A stretch of DNA of 62,693 nt, counting the filler, from Rhabdomonas costata (Eukaryota): the NCBI GenBank assembly GCA_019059605.1. It is 31 parts of 31 records of this genome, joined end to end, with 100 filler letters (N's around TTAATTAATTAA, not from the genome) between each part and the next. Parts side by side here need not be neighbours in the genome. Positions count along the whole stretch, not along the records: positions 8,109 to 10,039 come from JAHMHO010007307.1; positions 10,140 to 12,065 come from JAHMHO010007308.1; positions 12,166 to 14,091 come from JAHMHO010007309.1; positions 14,192 to 16,116 come from JAHMHO010007310.1; positions 16,217 to 18,142 come from JAHMHO010007311.1; positions 18,243 to 20,162 come from JAHMHO010007312.1; positions 20,263 to 22,187 come from JAHMHO010007313.1; positions 22,288 to 24,213 come from JAHMHO010007314.1; 23 more parts are not named here. One strand, 5' to 3'. The translations under genes were made by a program, and so were the position numbers. Shown here piece by piece: positions 9,962-23,163 of this stretch (positions within the stretch are counted from its first letter, which is position 1; each line of letters starts with the position of its first letter). The notes beneath the pieces were generated by a model, which saw nothing but the letters and a program-made list of their open reading frames with translations, was not told where the DNA came from and did not search any database.

Positions 9962-11275
9962 GTGTATTGTGCGCGTCAGTGGCACATCTCCTACGCAAAC
10001 CCATACCTGTCCCGAGTTGACACCCCCGGTACACCCTAGNNNNNNNNNNNNNNNNNNNNNNNNNNNNNNNNNNNNNNNNNNNNTTAATTAATTAANNNNN
10101 NNNNNNNNNNNNNNNNNNNNNNNNNNNNNNNNNNNNNNNGGTTTTTCTTGTCTTCCTCATTTTCTGGCCACGTGATCGTCTTCGGCTTCTCCTTTTTTCA
10201 ATTGTGCGCGTGCGTGCATGCATGCATGCATGCATGCAGGTGGGGTTCTGCCGTAACCATTCTGTCAATCTCGTGGCCTTTTCCCATTTTCCCATTTTCC
10301 AGTTTCTCATTTTTTTGTTTGTGTGCACTGAGACAGCTACTCTAGCTCGTCCTGATGAGGTTCGTAGCGCGGTCTGATCTTACTGGCAACCAGCTCGCAA
10401 TGTGAAACCGTTTGCAAGGCTTCAGATGGACATGCGCAAATGATTACTAGTTGATGTCATATTAATTTGTGCTTTAATTTGAATGAAAATGCATAATTGG
10501 AAATGCCCCACTGCTTTGTCACTATGTGTTTTTTCGGCAGCCAGAGAAGATGAAGGTTTCTCTGAGGTCGCAGTGGGCACAGCTGCCGCTTGACAATTAT
10601 GAAAGTGCTCATCCGGTACATTGTTTTTCGGTGTTGAGTTTTGAATAGGGGGGGAGGGGTGGTAATTTTGGGGTTGTCTTTTTGCGTCTCCTGGGCACCC
10701 CAGCCATACATCCACCTTCGGACCAGGAACGCATGTTTATCAGACGCGTAATTTGGCGCTGTGTGGATTTTTTCTTCCAGGTATCTGTAGCCATCTTGTA
10801 AGTGTTCTTGCCTGCCCTCCTCCTGCTCCTGCTCCATCTTCCTACTGTGTGACGTTCACTTTTTTGTCGATCATCTTTGCCCTCCCCCGTCTCTTCCCAC
10901 TCCATCTTGCCTCCAGTACAAGTACAAGTCACCTCCCATTTGCCTTTCCCCTTCCCTTTCCCGTTCCTTCCGCTTCAATGCAACGATGAGTTCGCCGGGT
11001 AGAAGTCCCTGCGCCCGTGGACCCTTGCGGTTTACTGTCCCCTTGGCAGATGGTTTTGACACTCGTCGTGAGCTCGCTCCTCCCGTTTTTTCTTCTTCTG
11101 TCGGTGTGGGATGGATGACATACTCCCCAGAGTTTGAGGACTGGGATTGATGAGGACTAGGATTGATGAGACTGGGATTGGTTTCTTTAGCCAGCCTTGA
11201 AGTGTGGGTTTTCTGAAGTAGTGAGCTGAGCCGCTTTGACTAGAGTTCTTTTAGGTTTTTTTGTTTGGGTCTTAG

Positions 11276-12065
11276 GTCCTCCTTCGGCAGGCTTGCTGCG
11301 GCCTGGTCACTTGCCGCCCGTGGAAGGTTGCCGCCCAGAAGGACTCGATCCGATGGGTTCCCAGTCCGCTTTGAGCTGCAAAGGGTCGCGACGTCATGTG
11401 GGCTTCGCGGAGGCTTCAGCGGCCTGCGGTTCCCCGGCTGACTCCGACTCTCATGTCTCTGCGAATGAGACTCATTCTTCGCCACTTCAGAGCAGCCAAC
11501 CCCTAGGGTATGAAACCTCTCCTGCTCGCCTGCCTCGGAAATCCGGCGGGTGCGGCGCCCTGGGTTCCGAGGGGTTGTGCGAAAGGAGGCCCGCTGCGAT
11601 ATCCTCTGTCCCAGACCCTTCTGAGCTGTCCAGAACCCCCTCCAATCCGAACCGTCTGAGCCATGTTGCCACTCGCTGGGCCCACCCCAAGGCACCCCTG
11701 GACCTGCAACAGGGCGCAGCCCTAGCTCTGTCCCCGGTGGAGGAGCAGCTTTCACCTGCCCGCCGAGCATTTTGCCACGAGCGCTCTGGCAGTGCCGGCC
11801 GCGCGAGGCCGTGTGTCACGAGTTCCTTGGAGCTCGGTGCAGCCCCAGAAGCCGTGACGACCGCAAGGAGTCCTGCATGGTCCCCGGAAGCCCGCGCCCT
11901 CCTCCGCCCTGCTGAGGCTAATGCTGAAGGGCTTTCACTCACTCCTCCCCCGCGTGACTCCAGTGCTCACCGGCTGTCCTCTCTTCGGCCAATGACTGAG
12001 CCCAGCGCCTCCCCCTCTCACTTTCGGCAGAAGCTGGACAATGCCCGGTTCTCCTCCCACCCCCC
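11276..12065 (+). CDS. Low-complexity Ser/Pro/Ala-rich exon, hypothetical
   Basis: Long GC-rich open frame after a T-rich acceptor-like tract; no recognisable domain. Confidence 0.45.
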
Positions 12066-12403
12066 NNNNNNNNNNNNNNNNNNNNNNNNNNNNNNNNNNN
12101 NNNNNNNNNTTAATTAATTAANNNNNNNNNNNNNNNNNNNNNNNNNNNNNNNNNNNNNNNNNNNNGGTTGGTGTTTAGAGTCCCCTTTTTCTTTCAGTGT
12201 AAATCAAAAGTTTTTATTTTCGCTGAAACCAATATGTTAAATTTTGGAGAGATGTTTGGTATCCTCGCGGGCGCGACTACCCCGTCTGTTTGTTTGGGTG
12301 TTCCCTTCCTTTTGCTTCTTGCTTTCCCTCGATGAAACGTGATGAAACAACTGCAGCGCCTACTCCAGAACTCGGAAATGTTTTCTTGCTCGTTCCTGCT
12401 CAG

Positions 12404-13793
12404 GTTTTGAATCTGCAGGACAACAAGATGGATTCGCTGACCTTCCTACGCCCTGCGCAGCCCGGCGGGGGGTCCGGCTCTGCTGTGGCCGCCCTCTCCG
12501 CGGGAACCCCTGTGAAGGCCATTCGCCGCGGGAGTGGGCTGGGGGGTCCTAAGTGCAGCTCTTTGGCCATGCTGAATGCATCGATGAACAAGCTGGAGAC
12601 TCTGGCTGGGGTGGAGAGTTGCCCTTCCCTCTCCCAGCTGCTTCTGAACAATAACTTTGTTGCAGCCCTGGAGCCCTTAGCGTGCTGCACGAATCTGACC
12701 AAGCTGGTGTGCAGTGTTCTCGTTTTGACGGCACGCAGGTTTGAAGTAGGTACGGCGTTCAGGCTTGCTCGATGTGGGAATGGAACTTTCAGGGCGCTCG
12801 TACGGAAATTTCTATAAAAGGAACCAGAAGTGCTAGCTTGCCAGCGTTCCCCAATCCGCTCCTCTGTGTGGTGTGCAGGTATATAGAAGCTTTGCATAGG
12901 ATGCCGAGATCGTGGTGTTGTTTTGCTCAGACTTTCGTAACGTAAGGGCCCTCATCTCCCATTATGTGCGAACACTTGAATCGCCTGTCCTTCCGATAAT
13001 GTCAACTTTCTTTTTGGTTTCTTCAGGGGGCTTAGTGCCACCACCTACACACACACCACAGACACACATACCGTCACGTCACGATGTGAGCAGCTTCTTC
13101 TCACTCACTCACTCACATAAGCACAGAGGCGTAGGGAGGACAGAGGGTTGATGCCAAAAGTGCCTTGAGAGAGAAGAGAGAGGGCGGTTCATTACTTCTT
13201 GCTTGCGTTTCAAAGGAGGTGTACCGAAACAACATCACCTCGCTCTCTGTGCTGGCAAGCCTGCCTTTCCTGACTTCCTTCAACGGTGGACGCAACGCGA
13301 TCGGGGACATCACCAGCTGCTTCAGCAAGTCGGTGTGACCGGCCTTGTTCTGCGGCCTGTTTTTCTTCGTCACGCGAATTATGGCTGCGTTTCAGCGTCC
13401 CACTTCTCCTCTTCCACAAGGCAACGGCGGGGTCAAGACAAACTCATTTCCAACCTCCATAATTCGTCCCACAGACAATCCATACAATCCAGCGGGTGTA
13501 GGGTGGAGAGTATAGGGTGGCAATTGCAAGTGCAATTGTGGTCGCGACAGGGAGTATGTATGTGCATTGTTTTTGGGAGAGGGGGGGGTGCTGATGTGAA
13601 TGCAAACCTCAGACTCTGAGCAGCTGGGGAGACCTGGGCGCTGCCCCTTTTACATGTCATTTGAACTCATTGCACTCCTGCAGCCTCTGCTCACGGAGAT
13701 CGTGCTGTACCACAATCAGCTCCGGGAGATTCCCAGCAGGCTTCACAACGTCCTGCTCCAGCAGCTGTGGCTGAATGACAACCAGATCGAGAG
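12404..13793 (+). CDS. SDS22-like leucine-rich-repeat protein, partial
   Basis: Exons 12404-12706, 13216-13332 and 13684-13793 are in frame, with repeated LxxLxLxxNxI/L units (LSQLLLNNNFV, LQQLWLNDNQI). Confidence 0.85.
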
Positions 13794-13886
13794 GTGGGTT
13801 CCCAGGGCATTCCTTTTTCAGTCAGCGTTGCGCCAACCTCAGAGTTGAATGTGGGTGTTCTCAATGGTCAATTCAATTTTTATTTC

Positions 13887-13933
13887 GACTGTTCAAGTTC
13901 AACCTGACAGAGTCAGGTTGAACTTGAACAGTC
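13887..13933. repeat. Perfect 22-bp inverted repeat with a 3-nt loop
   Basis: gactgttcaagttcaacctgac-aga-gtcaggttgaacttgaacagtc. Confidence 0.95.
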
Positions 13934-16278
13934 CAACATCACGGCCACTTCGTCTCGTAGATTAGCTTTGCCCGCTTCAGAGCTTCAAAAAATCAAAGTT
14001 ATGTTTCAAGGGTGGTGAGCAAAACCTCAATTCAAACTTCACCCTTCAGATTCTTGTTTGATCGCAAAAAGTAACTATTCTATCTTGTTCGNNNNNNNNN
14101 NNNNNNNNNNNNNNNNNNNNNNNNNNNNNNNNNNNTTAATTAATTAANNNNNNNNNNNNNNNNNNNNNNNNNNNNNNNNNNNNNNNNNNNNTGTTGTTTG
14201 GTAGGTAAATTTTGATTTCTTTTTCTGTTGTTTAGATGCCATTTTTCATGCGAATTCCACAACATACCTACCAAACTACTTCATATGGAAGCATTATATC
14301 AATTCTTTCTCTTCACTTGTGCAAAACTGAAGGTTTTCTTTTTTTGATTGGTTTACTAAAGCCCGTTGGTTTGACAACCAATGACATCCGCCGCTGTCAT
14401 TACAACCATACCTCACTACCGGAAACCTCTTTTGTGTTCACTGCGCTCACCTACCGACTGGTATAGTTAGCTTGATTTTTGTGTATGAAACTCCAAATTG
14501 TTCTCCATTTATCACTCCAAATTGTCATCATCACTTCATTTCGAAACAATGCAAGCACATCACTGTGCAAATATTCGCGCACAAAAGCAGCCTGTTTGCT
14601 CGTTTTTATTGCTCTCAAATAGCTCTCTGTGCGTCTTATATTACAACCTGTTTTCATTGTGCAAAGCAGTCACACCGCATGACTCAAAATTCAACCAAAT
14701 TGTGATTGAAATAAAGGATAAACTTAGAGTCTAGTCATCCAACACGTGACAAAAGGTTTTTATTTTACCTCTCTTGGAAGCAGAGGAAGTACCCTTTTAA
14801 CGACTGCCACTGAGGAAAGCCGCCACACCTGGTAACGGGACATGTCCCATAACAGCAACACGCAGTACCAAATTGTGGGATGCGAATCGATACCCAGTAG
14901 AATGGTACTGTAAAGTTTTAACTCTGGTTAGAGTGACTCGTTCAGAGACACCACACACCACGAAGACCGTGTTTTCTAGTGTTCTTCTTTGTGCCTCCAT
15001 ATTTGTGTTTTTTCATGCTCGCCACACCACTGCAGAATCGATGATTCTGGTCTTCTCTTTGCTTTTTGTACCAGCGGCAAATACCCAGCTAACCATCCGC
15101 CAAGGAACGTCACGTGCGCGCCGCCGCCGGCAGTACACTTACCCAGGCATCCCCGGTAGCCTGGACCCTTATATCTTGATACTCAAAAGACTAAAACACA
15201 TAGTACACACAAATGTCAATAAACTTGACCACTTCACCATTTTTAGCTGCACTTGTTGTGCTTTTCACCCTTTCCACGACTGACGTATTCTTTTGGTTAC
15301 ACAACAACACACCCAGTTTCTGACATTGGTCTCCACTTACATTTTCCTGGACTTCTCTGTCGCTAGTGTGTGTGGGAGTGACGATTTTCCTAATTTCAAA
15401 AACGGATCATCTTCACGGGGAAAGGTTTGCCAATTTACCGGAAGCAAATCGTTTTTACCCACCAAAGAAATGCACGTTTGGACAAATGTTCTTTCTGGCC
15501 ATTCCACGTTGACCATTGCTACTGTCTTTTACGTGCTTTTCTTCCCGCTTTTGGTTTCCTTTGGTACCGCTTTCCCGCCGATCTTATGGTCACTTGGCAC
15601 TACCGGCTTTTTTGAGATTTGCTACCGTATCAGACCAAACTAAAAGAATCTAATGAAATCCAGTTTGCTCGCCCAAAACAACCGTCCACGCAAAACTTTG
15701 AATTTGACACGTTTTCCAAGTGTTTATATACTGTTATCACTCACGGACCCCCTGGAACCCCTTTGTGTTTTCCCGTTTCTGTTGAGGGATTTTAAACTAA
15801 ATTCTACCGAAATCAATAAATAATTTTGTACGGTAAAGGCCTTGAAGTAGTAGGACCAGGACGCACCAACAAGTAAACCGGGCGTTGAGCCCATTACTAG
15901 GTTCTGGAAATAGGGCACCTTTTGCATTAATTCGTGGGTCATGGTAGGTTGATGGCGGGAATCCCCATGGGAAAGGCGTAATCAAACAGAGTGGGGCAAC
16001 CAAGGGTGCAGCGGGGGAATGCGCGGAGTAGTTGGAAGCCAGAGGCGGCAGAAGGCGGAGAACGAGACAAAGCGGGGAAGGATCCTGGAGGTGATCAAAT
16101 GCGGGCCACCAACACANNNNNNNNNNNNNNNNNNNNNNNNNNNNNNNNNNNNNNNNNNNNTTAATTAATTAANNNNNNNNNNNNNNNNNNNNNNNNNNNN
16201 NNNNNNNNNNNNNNNNGGGTGTGTGGGAATGAAAGATGGGTGCCACAGGGACAGAAATTTTGTTCTGCCGCTGCACAG

Positions 16279-17954
16279 AGAAAGACTTTCATGCAGGAGG
16301 TGGAGGCGGAGGCCAACATGATTCTCACGAAGCAAATCCAGCAGTATGTTCAAATCGGCCCTATCCCCATTTGTCGATGGTGAGGGTGACGGTCATCCTG
16401 TGTTCTTTTGATAAGGTTGCAAACCGTTCGAAGCAGGGGCACGTGGACAAAGAATGGGGCAGAGCACGTACAGCGGATGGCAAAATGCCAAAATGGTTTT
16501 GAGATTTCATGGATCGCTTTGGTTCCCCAGCTTTGGGGCGTTTGACTTGAATTTTGAACTCCTCAGTGAGACTGCAACACCAAGTTGCAAGCTTTTGTTT
16601 AACCCATCATCGAAAAGCCACACAAGGGATGCATATTAACTATTTGTTTGGTTATTTGGCTTCAGCTGTGGTGCCCAATGCGGTGAGTGCGAATTCCAGG
16701 ACTGCTGTGCCATGCTGGGTGTGTTGACTGGTTCTGGGTGGTCCTTTGCCGGCCTCCGCTATGCAGAACTGATGAATCGCTGGAGATCAGTTTTTTTTGC
16801 ATATGGTTAAGGACCAAACTTATGGCAGGAATACATGGGGATCCGTGCAGAGGGTTGGAGGGTGCGAAGCACACTGGATGCGATAGGCGCCCGGAAATCT
16901 TTTTGCCTCTGATATCAGCCGAATTGAGGTGCAGCTGTATGAGGAGGTGCAGCAGGCCAGGGCAGTGGACCAGGAATGGGACCGCCTGCTGTCGGCCCGG
17001 ATCTCCGCCGTTTGTCAGGTCTCTCCGGGGGGGCGGGAGCTTGCGGCTTTTGCCGATAGAGGAGGGGGAAGGCTATTCCTTTGTAGGAGTAAGGGAAGTT
17101 GTCGGTACCTTATTCCTCATTTTGCGGCGAACCAGAGGATGGATAGCTGAAACGCAGTCGATGACTGTGGAGCAGTGGCACATCGCGGTGCCCCAGGTGA
17201 GTTCTTCAAAGGGAATGGTGTCATGTCCTTATGTCATGTCCTTATCTTTGAGAAGGCATTGATGGATAGGATTATCCTTACGATTTCATGTTCATTTTCA
17301 AGTGCGTTGTTTTTCGAACTCCGAAAACGTAATGCGGTGTCTTCTCAATTTTGAGAAGCAGACGAGTAACGAAAACTGTTCATGCTTTGCTGCGCAAAAT
17401 GGTGTGTGTACGAATAGCTCCCCACCACCCAACAGGGAGGTCAAGGGGGTCAGAGGTGTAGGTTTTCTCGCAAGTCCGAGTTGTTAGTTGTTGGGTGGCA
17501 TCGCTTTTCACCTTGAGTTAACTGGGAAGAGTGGGAGGGGGGGAGGACGAAATACTCCACAAGAAGTTTCGCGAAATAACGGTGGGCAGTTCTCCTTCCT
17601 TTCAGAAAGTGGTGCCCCGGGTCTCCCTTGGTGCTCTGCTGGATCGGGCCAAAGCAGCCCCGGGGCTGTCCACCACCTCCCTGCTGCGGGGTAACAAGGA
17701 GCTTTCCCCCTTGACCGAGGAAGATCTCTCAGAGTGCTCGTGGGCATGGGGGTATGTGGTGCCCACTTTCCAAAGAAATGGGTAGGTATATGCTATGCGG
17801 GGTAGATTCCGTGACTTTGGGATTGTCGCTAGAACTCTCTTTCCCTCCTCCCTGCAGCAAGGGCAACGAGGAGCAGGTCTTGGTGGAGGCCTGTGGGCTG
17901 AAGCTCCGCAAGGACTTCCGTACTCTCTCCGGACTGAGCTGGCTGAACGACGAG
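16279..17954 (+). CDS. Ulp1/SENP-family (peptidase C48) SUMO protease, N-terminal part and start of catalytic domain
   Basis: Exons ~16279-16343, 16919-17018, 17158-17196, 17606-17751 and 17858-17954. The last ends with KDFRTLSGLSWLNDE, the C48 D..TL....WLNDE signature. Confidence 0.8.
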
Positions 17955-18817
17955 GCGCACCCTCTGCACCCCCCCTCCCGCGCATCTCCTCCTCTTGACC
18001 ACTTTATCTGCTTTCTTTCTCTCCATCCCGACCCTTTTTTGTTCCTAAATGTTGCATGCCGTTAACAGGAAAAAAGTTCCTGGTAATATTGCTGTAAAAA
18101 CCGGGATTCCAAAGTGAGGCATGGATTTTGTGACAAAACACANNNNNNNNNNNNNNNNNNNNNNNNNNNNNNNNNNNNNNNNNNNNTTAATTAATTAANN
18201 NNNNNNNNNNNNNNNNNNNNNNNNNNNNNNNNNNNNNNNNNNTGTTGTGTGTGAATGTGCACTCGCACCCACCCCCATGGACTCTCGTTGCACAGAGAAG
18301 TGCTTGCGGGTGCGCTGCAACGTGCTGGGCTTTCTGTCTTTGTTGTTCTTTTTTGATAGAAATTCTTGGGATCAAAGCAGTGTTGTTCTTTTCAATAAAA
18401 ATACCCAGACATGCTTCGGCCCCTTCATTTTCTAGAGATATTCTAAATCCTTGGTATAGTTCAGAGGCTGAGGCCCAATTCCGGGAACGGGAACGTCGGA
18501 ACAGACCCTTGAGAAAGGTCTCCGCGTCTGGCTCCCAGCGGAAAGTTGTATTTCCCACCACAGCCGAGAACCCCATCCCCGCAGCTGCTCAAGGGCCCGC
18601 CTTCTGCGCCCGGCGTTTCGTTGGTTTTTCGTACTTTGTGCTGGATTGGGAAAATTCATTGGGGACACGACCACTGTGCATTACTCAGTTTGTCTTTCTT
18701 GGTTATCCCTTTTCTTGTACTCTGCGAATCGATTTTCTTTGGCTTTCTGCCGGCATAGACACCCCCACCTGTACCCACGTTTCCCTGAGCCGAGCGGCGA
18801 ATGACAGCGCGATAACA

Positions 18818-19372
18818 TCAAAGAACAGTCTCTGCTAAGTCTCTCCCTTTCTTTCGGGTGCACTGTTCTGCTCGAATGGCCTCTTCTGGAGGACATCCCT
18901 CGTCCTCGTCCTCTTCGTCGTCGTCGTCGTCCTGCCCTTCAGCAGCTTGAGGCGGCAACTGCGGGTCCCCAGCTTGGGCGCTGGGGACTTCCTCCGGACG
19001 CTTGGCGACCGTTTCGGCGGTGTTAGGGGCTGGGACTGAGCTCTGGCTTGGAGCCTGGTTTTGCCCTTGGCCCTGGCTCTGCGCTTGATGTTGGCCTTGA
19101 CTTTGGCCTTGGCTCTGGGTCTGAGTCTGGGGATTGGCTTGAGCTTGGGCTTGGGCAGTGGCCGGGGTTTCCCCGGCCAGCCTTTCCGCCCTGGCCTTGT
19201 CTTTGGCCTCTGCCGCGGCCTCGGCCTCCGCCAGGAACGCAGTGAACCGCGGCCGCATCGCCGCCGGCAGCTGCTGCGACGCCACGCTGGAGAATGACCG
19301 CAGCAGCTTTAAGAAGGCGCGAGGGGTGAACGGACCGGTGTCCGGCTCCGGGGAGCTCATTTCCGCTTCTGC
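18818..19372 (-). CDS. Low-complexity Gln/Ala/acidic hypothetical protein exon
   Basis: GC-rich frame with QAQAQ/QSQGQ repeats and a poly-D/E tract; boundaries uncertain. Confidence 0.45.
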   Translation of the reverse strand, partial: AEAEMSSPEPDTGPFTPRAFLKLLRSFSSVASQQLPAAMRPRFTAFLAEAEAAAEAKDKARAERLAGETPATAQAQAQANPQTQTQSQGQSQGQHQAQSQGQGQNQAPSQSSVPAPNTAETVAKRPEEVPSAQAGDPQLPPQAAEGQDDDDDEEDEDEGCPPEEAIRAEQCTRKKGRDLAETVL

Positions 19373-19952
19373 AGGAACAGCCGCGGGGCGGCTGCCGCAC
19401 AGTGTACACGAAAGGCTGCCACACCGATGGTCGAAGAAGTAAAAAAAAAAGAGGAAAGAACCCACAAGGAATATTCTGAGATGCGCTGCAGGAAGGAAGA
19501 CACAAATGGACCACAGATAGAGGATGGAAATCGCACACAGAGTGGTATGGTTTTTCCCAAGTTGAATTACATTACAACACTTGACGCCATTTTGTTATAT
19601 GAGCTTTGGGCTGGCTTCATCACGCAAACAAAAGCGAAATAGAATAAAATGTGAAAAATGTTAGGGAGTCGCGTCGGTTCCCCAAAGCGACACAATGCAA
19701 CAATGCATTGCATTGCAAAAGAATTTCTGTGCTGCAAAGGGGCCAAAAAATCCGCCCAGAGCGTTTGAAGATTCTGGACAATCCACGCAGGGCTTGCCGA
19801 AGCACATGATGTACAGAGCTGTACAAACAAACACAAATTGCACTCCCTTCTCAAAGTCTTGGCCACTTCGACCAACCCGTACCGCAAAAAAAAAGAAAGG
19901 GGTAATCTCCAGCTGAATCGCCCGTGGGCGGGGGCGATGATCACTTCTCTTT

Positions 19953-20162
19953 TTACAACGCGCGGCTGAGCCTCAGCGCTGTCCGAGCAGAGTTGATGCT
20001 TGTCTCCAGCTCCTTCGCACGGGCCTCGAGCTCTGCGCGGCGCTGGCGGGCCTTGGTGCTGCGGAAGCTTGCCTTGGTGCGGGTGTTGTCCTCCAGGCGG
20101 GCAAGCTCCCCGGTGACCTCGGACCGCTCCAAGCTCCACCGCATCAGCTGCAGCTGTAGGGG
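19953..20162 (-). CDS. C-terminal coiled-coil exon of an unknown protein
   Basis: GC3-rich codons; RRAELEARAKELETSINSARTALRLSRAL*. Confidence 0.5.
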   Translation of the reverse strand, partial: PLQLQLMRWSLERSEVTGELARLEDNTRTKASFRSTKARQRRAELEARAKELETSINSARTALRLSRAL

Positions 20163-20383
20163 NNNNNNNNNNNNNNNNNNNNNNNNNNNNNNNNNNNNNN
20201 NNNNNNTTAATTAATTAANNNNNNNNNNNNNNNNNNNNNNNNNNNNNNNNNNNNNNNNNNNNTGTTTTGTGGTGCACCCCGCAGGGCGGGTGGCGTTGGG
20301 CCCCATGCAGTACCGCAGCGGTGACAAAAGCCTCGGAGTGCCACTGAAAGCAAAAAAAAAAAAAGGCAAGGAAAAACCAGCTT

Positions 20384-20857
20384 ACCAGCGATCCCTAGAA
20401 TTAATAAAATCCAAATGACCATTGTCGTCGCCAAATCCGGCAATCCTCCTACCTATAGCTGTTGCCAAAACCATTGCAACCACATGCCTGACGGTGCCAA
20501 AAAGGATATTACGATCTTCCCGAAGTCATCATTGCAAGGCACATACCTGACATTGCCCACCAAAACCCCCTCGTAGCCGGCAGGGCTTAGCTCCACGTTC
20601 GTGCGGTTCAGCGCGGTGATCAGCGTCGGCAGGTCCATCGCACCCATCTCGCACATCGTCGTGAAGGTGAAGGCCAGCACACGGGCACGCGACAGCGCCC
20701 GGTCCTTCGCCACAGACAGGAACAGGCTGTCCGAGAACATCGCAGCGATTCGGGTCGCGCTGAGGGCCCGCTTCGTGCTGGTTTCCACGTTGGCATCGTA
20801 GCCCACGCCCTGCACCACCTCGGCCATCATCTGCGCCGTGTTGAGCTGGCTGGTCAG
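20384..20857 (-). CDS. Hypothetical protein exons (possibly an extracellular sensor region)
   Basis: Exon 20547-20857 has CAG/GT boundaries and strong GC3 bias; a probable following exon lies at ~20384-20448. Confidence 0.4.
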
Positions 20858-23163
20858 CTGCAAAGGCAGAAGCACACGCTCGCAGCCTTGAGACAGGGGT
20901 GAGTTCTTTTGATGCACAAAAGATGAACCTGAATGGTAAGCTGTAGACCAGACAGCAGAATGGTGTGTACTGGAGGACACATCACTCTCACATCAAACTC
21001 GACGCCGGACAGACGGGGAAGGATGCTCCCAAGGCAGGGAGCCCTTCTCGTGCGAGCAACCGTGGCCCTGGACCTCACCCCCTAAAAAGCTTAATTGTGG
21101 CACTACCGCTTCTTCTCCTTTATGCGCATTCTACTGCCCACATGTCTTCAGGTTCACAATCGGATGCGGGAGGCGCATGGGATCGCGTGAATTGCAGCAG
21201 CACGCCCATACAGCGCACCACACGATGAAACACGCGCATTGGCACTTAACCTGTAGACCGACAATATATGGGTATGTTTTCACCGCGAGTCCCAGGGGAC
21301 ACGTGCATCGCCCTGTAGCCCCGAGCGAGTCCCAATATTTAGTTTTAGTTTTAGTCCCTTGGTTGAAGTATCGCTGTCGTAGTACATTTACAGGAGGTCT
21401 CTCAAGACGTCGGCAACAGCAGACGTCAGCAAGCAGCCAAACAGTTTCCGTGTAGATAAAGAAGCCATCAACGTAATGCGGAAGGAGCTGCGAACCTCAT
21501 ACATCACATCTTCGGGACACACCCGATCCACACACCCGTAGAAATTTCACCACGACTCGTACACATCAGCACAGGGCATACAAGAAACCGCGTGGGGATT
21601 TACTTGTCTCTCTTAGTTCCCGTGTCGCAGAGGAGGTAACTGGCAACAAAAACAACGTACTGCTACAGCCTCTCTACCCTCGCGGAGTATGAGTGCTTCC
21701 AAACCGCACTCATTCGTTAGTATATTTCCCTCATTCTGTTTATGTCGATGGAGGTGACAAGCCGTCACCTTTCTCAGCTGGGCGTCAGTCGTAGTTAACT
21801 GGCAACCCTCACAGAGTTGACCTTTGGCTGTAACCTCTACACCCTTTTCTCGTGGTGGGACTTTCGTTGGGCGCAGAAATCGGTGCTCAACCGTGAGACT
21901 GAAAGCTGGTGTGAGCAGAAGAATTGCACGGCTTCAGTGTGAACATTCTCTCCACTACTGTATTGTCGCGAATAACCGCCATATGGAAGCTGTCCTCTGG
22001 GGCACAGCCACAAGCTCCTGACCCACTGCGCCCCCCCCCCCACTGGTGGTCTTCAGCGTCTTCTCCGGAGGCGTCTGGGAATTCGCCTTCCTGTTCCTTG
22101 GCGATGCGTGGCTTGTGGGCAATTTCAATGCTATGGCCACCACTCCACCGCAATTATCACACCATGTTTGTGTACGCCCACCACACANNNNNNNNNNNNN
22201 NNNNNNNNNNNNNNNNNNNNNNNNNNNNNNNTTAATTAATTAANNNNNNNNNNNNNNNNNNNNNNNNNNNNNNNNNNNNNNNNNNNNGTTTTTGTTTGGG
22301 GTGTATCCACTTGTCCCTAGAATTCCGATCGATTCTTGTGTAAGCAGGCGATGCGTTGCATTATTTGTTTCCTAGAATACAGTCCAAATTTGTCCCAATG
22401 TGCCTTGGACCACGGGGCGCAGCGTAGCGGCCCGATATCCTGCGCGTTTTCGTGTCGTACTTCCGCAATCGGCTTCGGCACCACGAGGTGGTCGCTATGT
22501 ACGGGTCTGTGAAACAGGGCAGGCGCTGCGACTAATGCACTATGCCTCTGTTTTTTCTGTGTTCTGTTGAAAGCCAGAAATTTTAGACGCTTTCAATACT
22601 GAGAACAAAGGACTTACGCGCATATGTGTGCCAGAACATGTCGATCCTGTAAGGGTCTCCCGTTAAGGAGGTCTTCGACGAAACTTCTGGCGGACCTGAG
22701 TCATTCTCTTTTCCGCTAATGCTGGACCACGCCATACGCCACACGCAGGTCCCTTGGTCCATCATGTGCAAACGACTAAACCACTATGAACCACTCAGAC
22801 TTAGAATAGCAGGACTGGGCTAACTATGGCCAGGCTAAGAACCAATCATCACAGATGCTGTATGGGCAAAAAGTCACGCTCGCCGAGCAGCCCGAGGAAA
22901 GGCTCAGCATTGTTCCAAACTCGAGAACAATCGCCTGTCCAGCGCTGTGTCCTAGAAAGAAACAAAAAGACTTTAAAAGAATTTTTCATAACTCGCAAAA
23001 CGTCAACCAGCACGCGCACGCACATAAAACCGAACAACAACCAAACGATATCACGGAAGCGAGCTGTGGATTCCATGTTTGTCAATGTTAAAAGAGGACG
23101 AAGAAAAATCGCCTCCATCTGTTGTTATTGCAATACACAGAGGATATCCAATCGATTTCGGAC

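Noticed and set aside
10352-10408. CTGATGAG...GAAAC hammerhead ribozyme core
   Set aside because: No stem II closing pair and no convincing stems I or III.
11137-11182. Three ~16-nt tandem copies (gaggactgggattgat)
   Set aside because: A simple short tandem duplication with no spacers; not CRISPR-like.
21796-21809. TAACTGGCAACCCT resembling a hAT-type terminal inverted repeat
   Set aside because: No partner end or transposase in the contig; too short to support alone.
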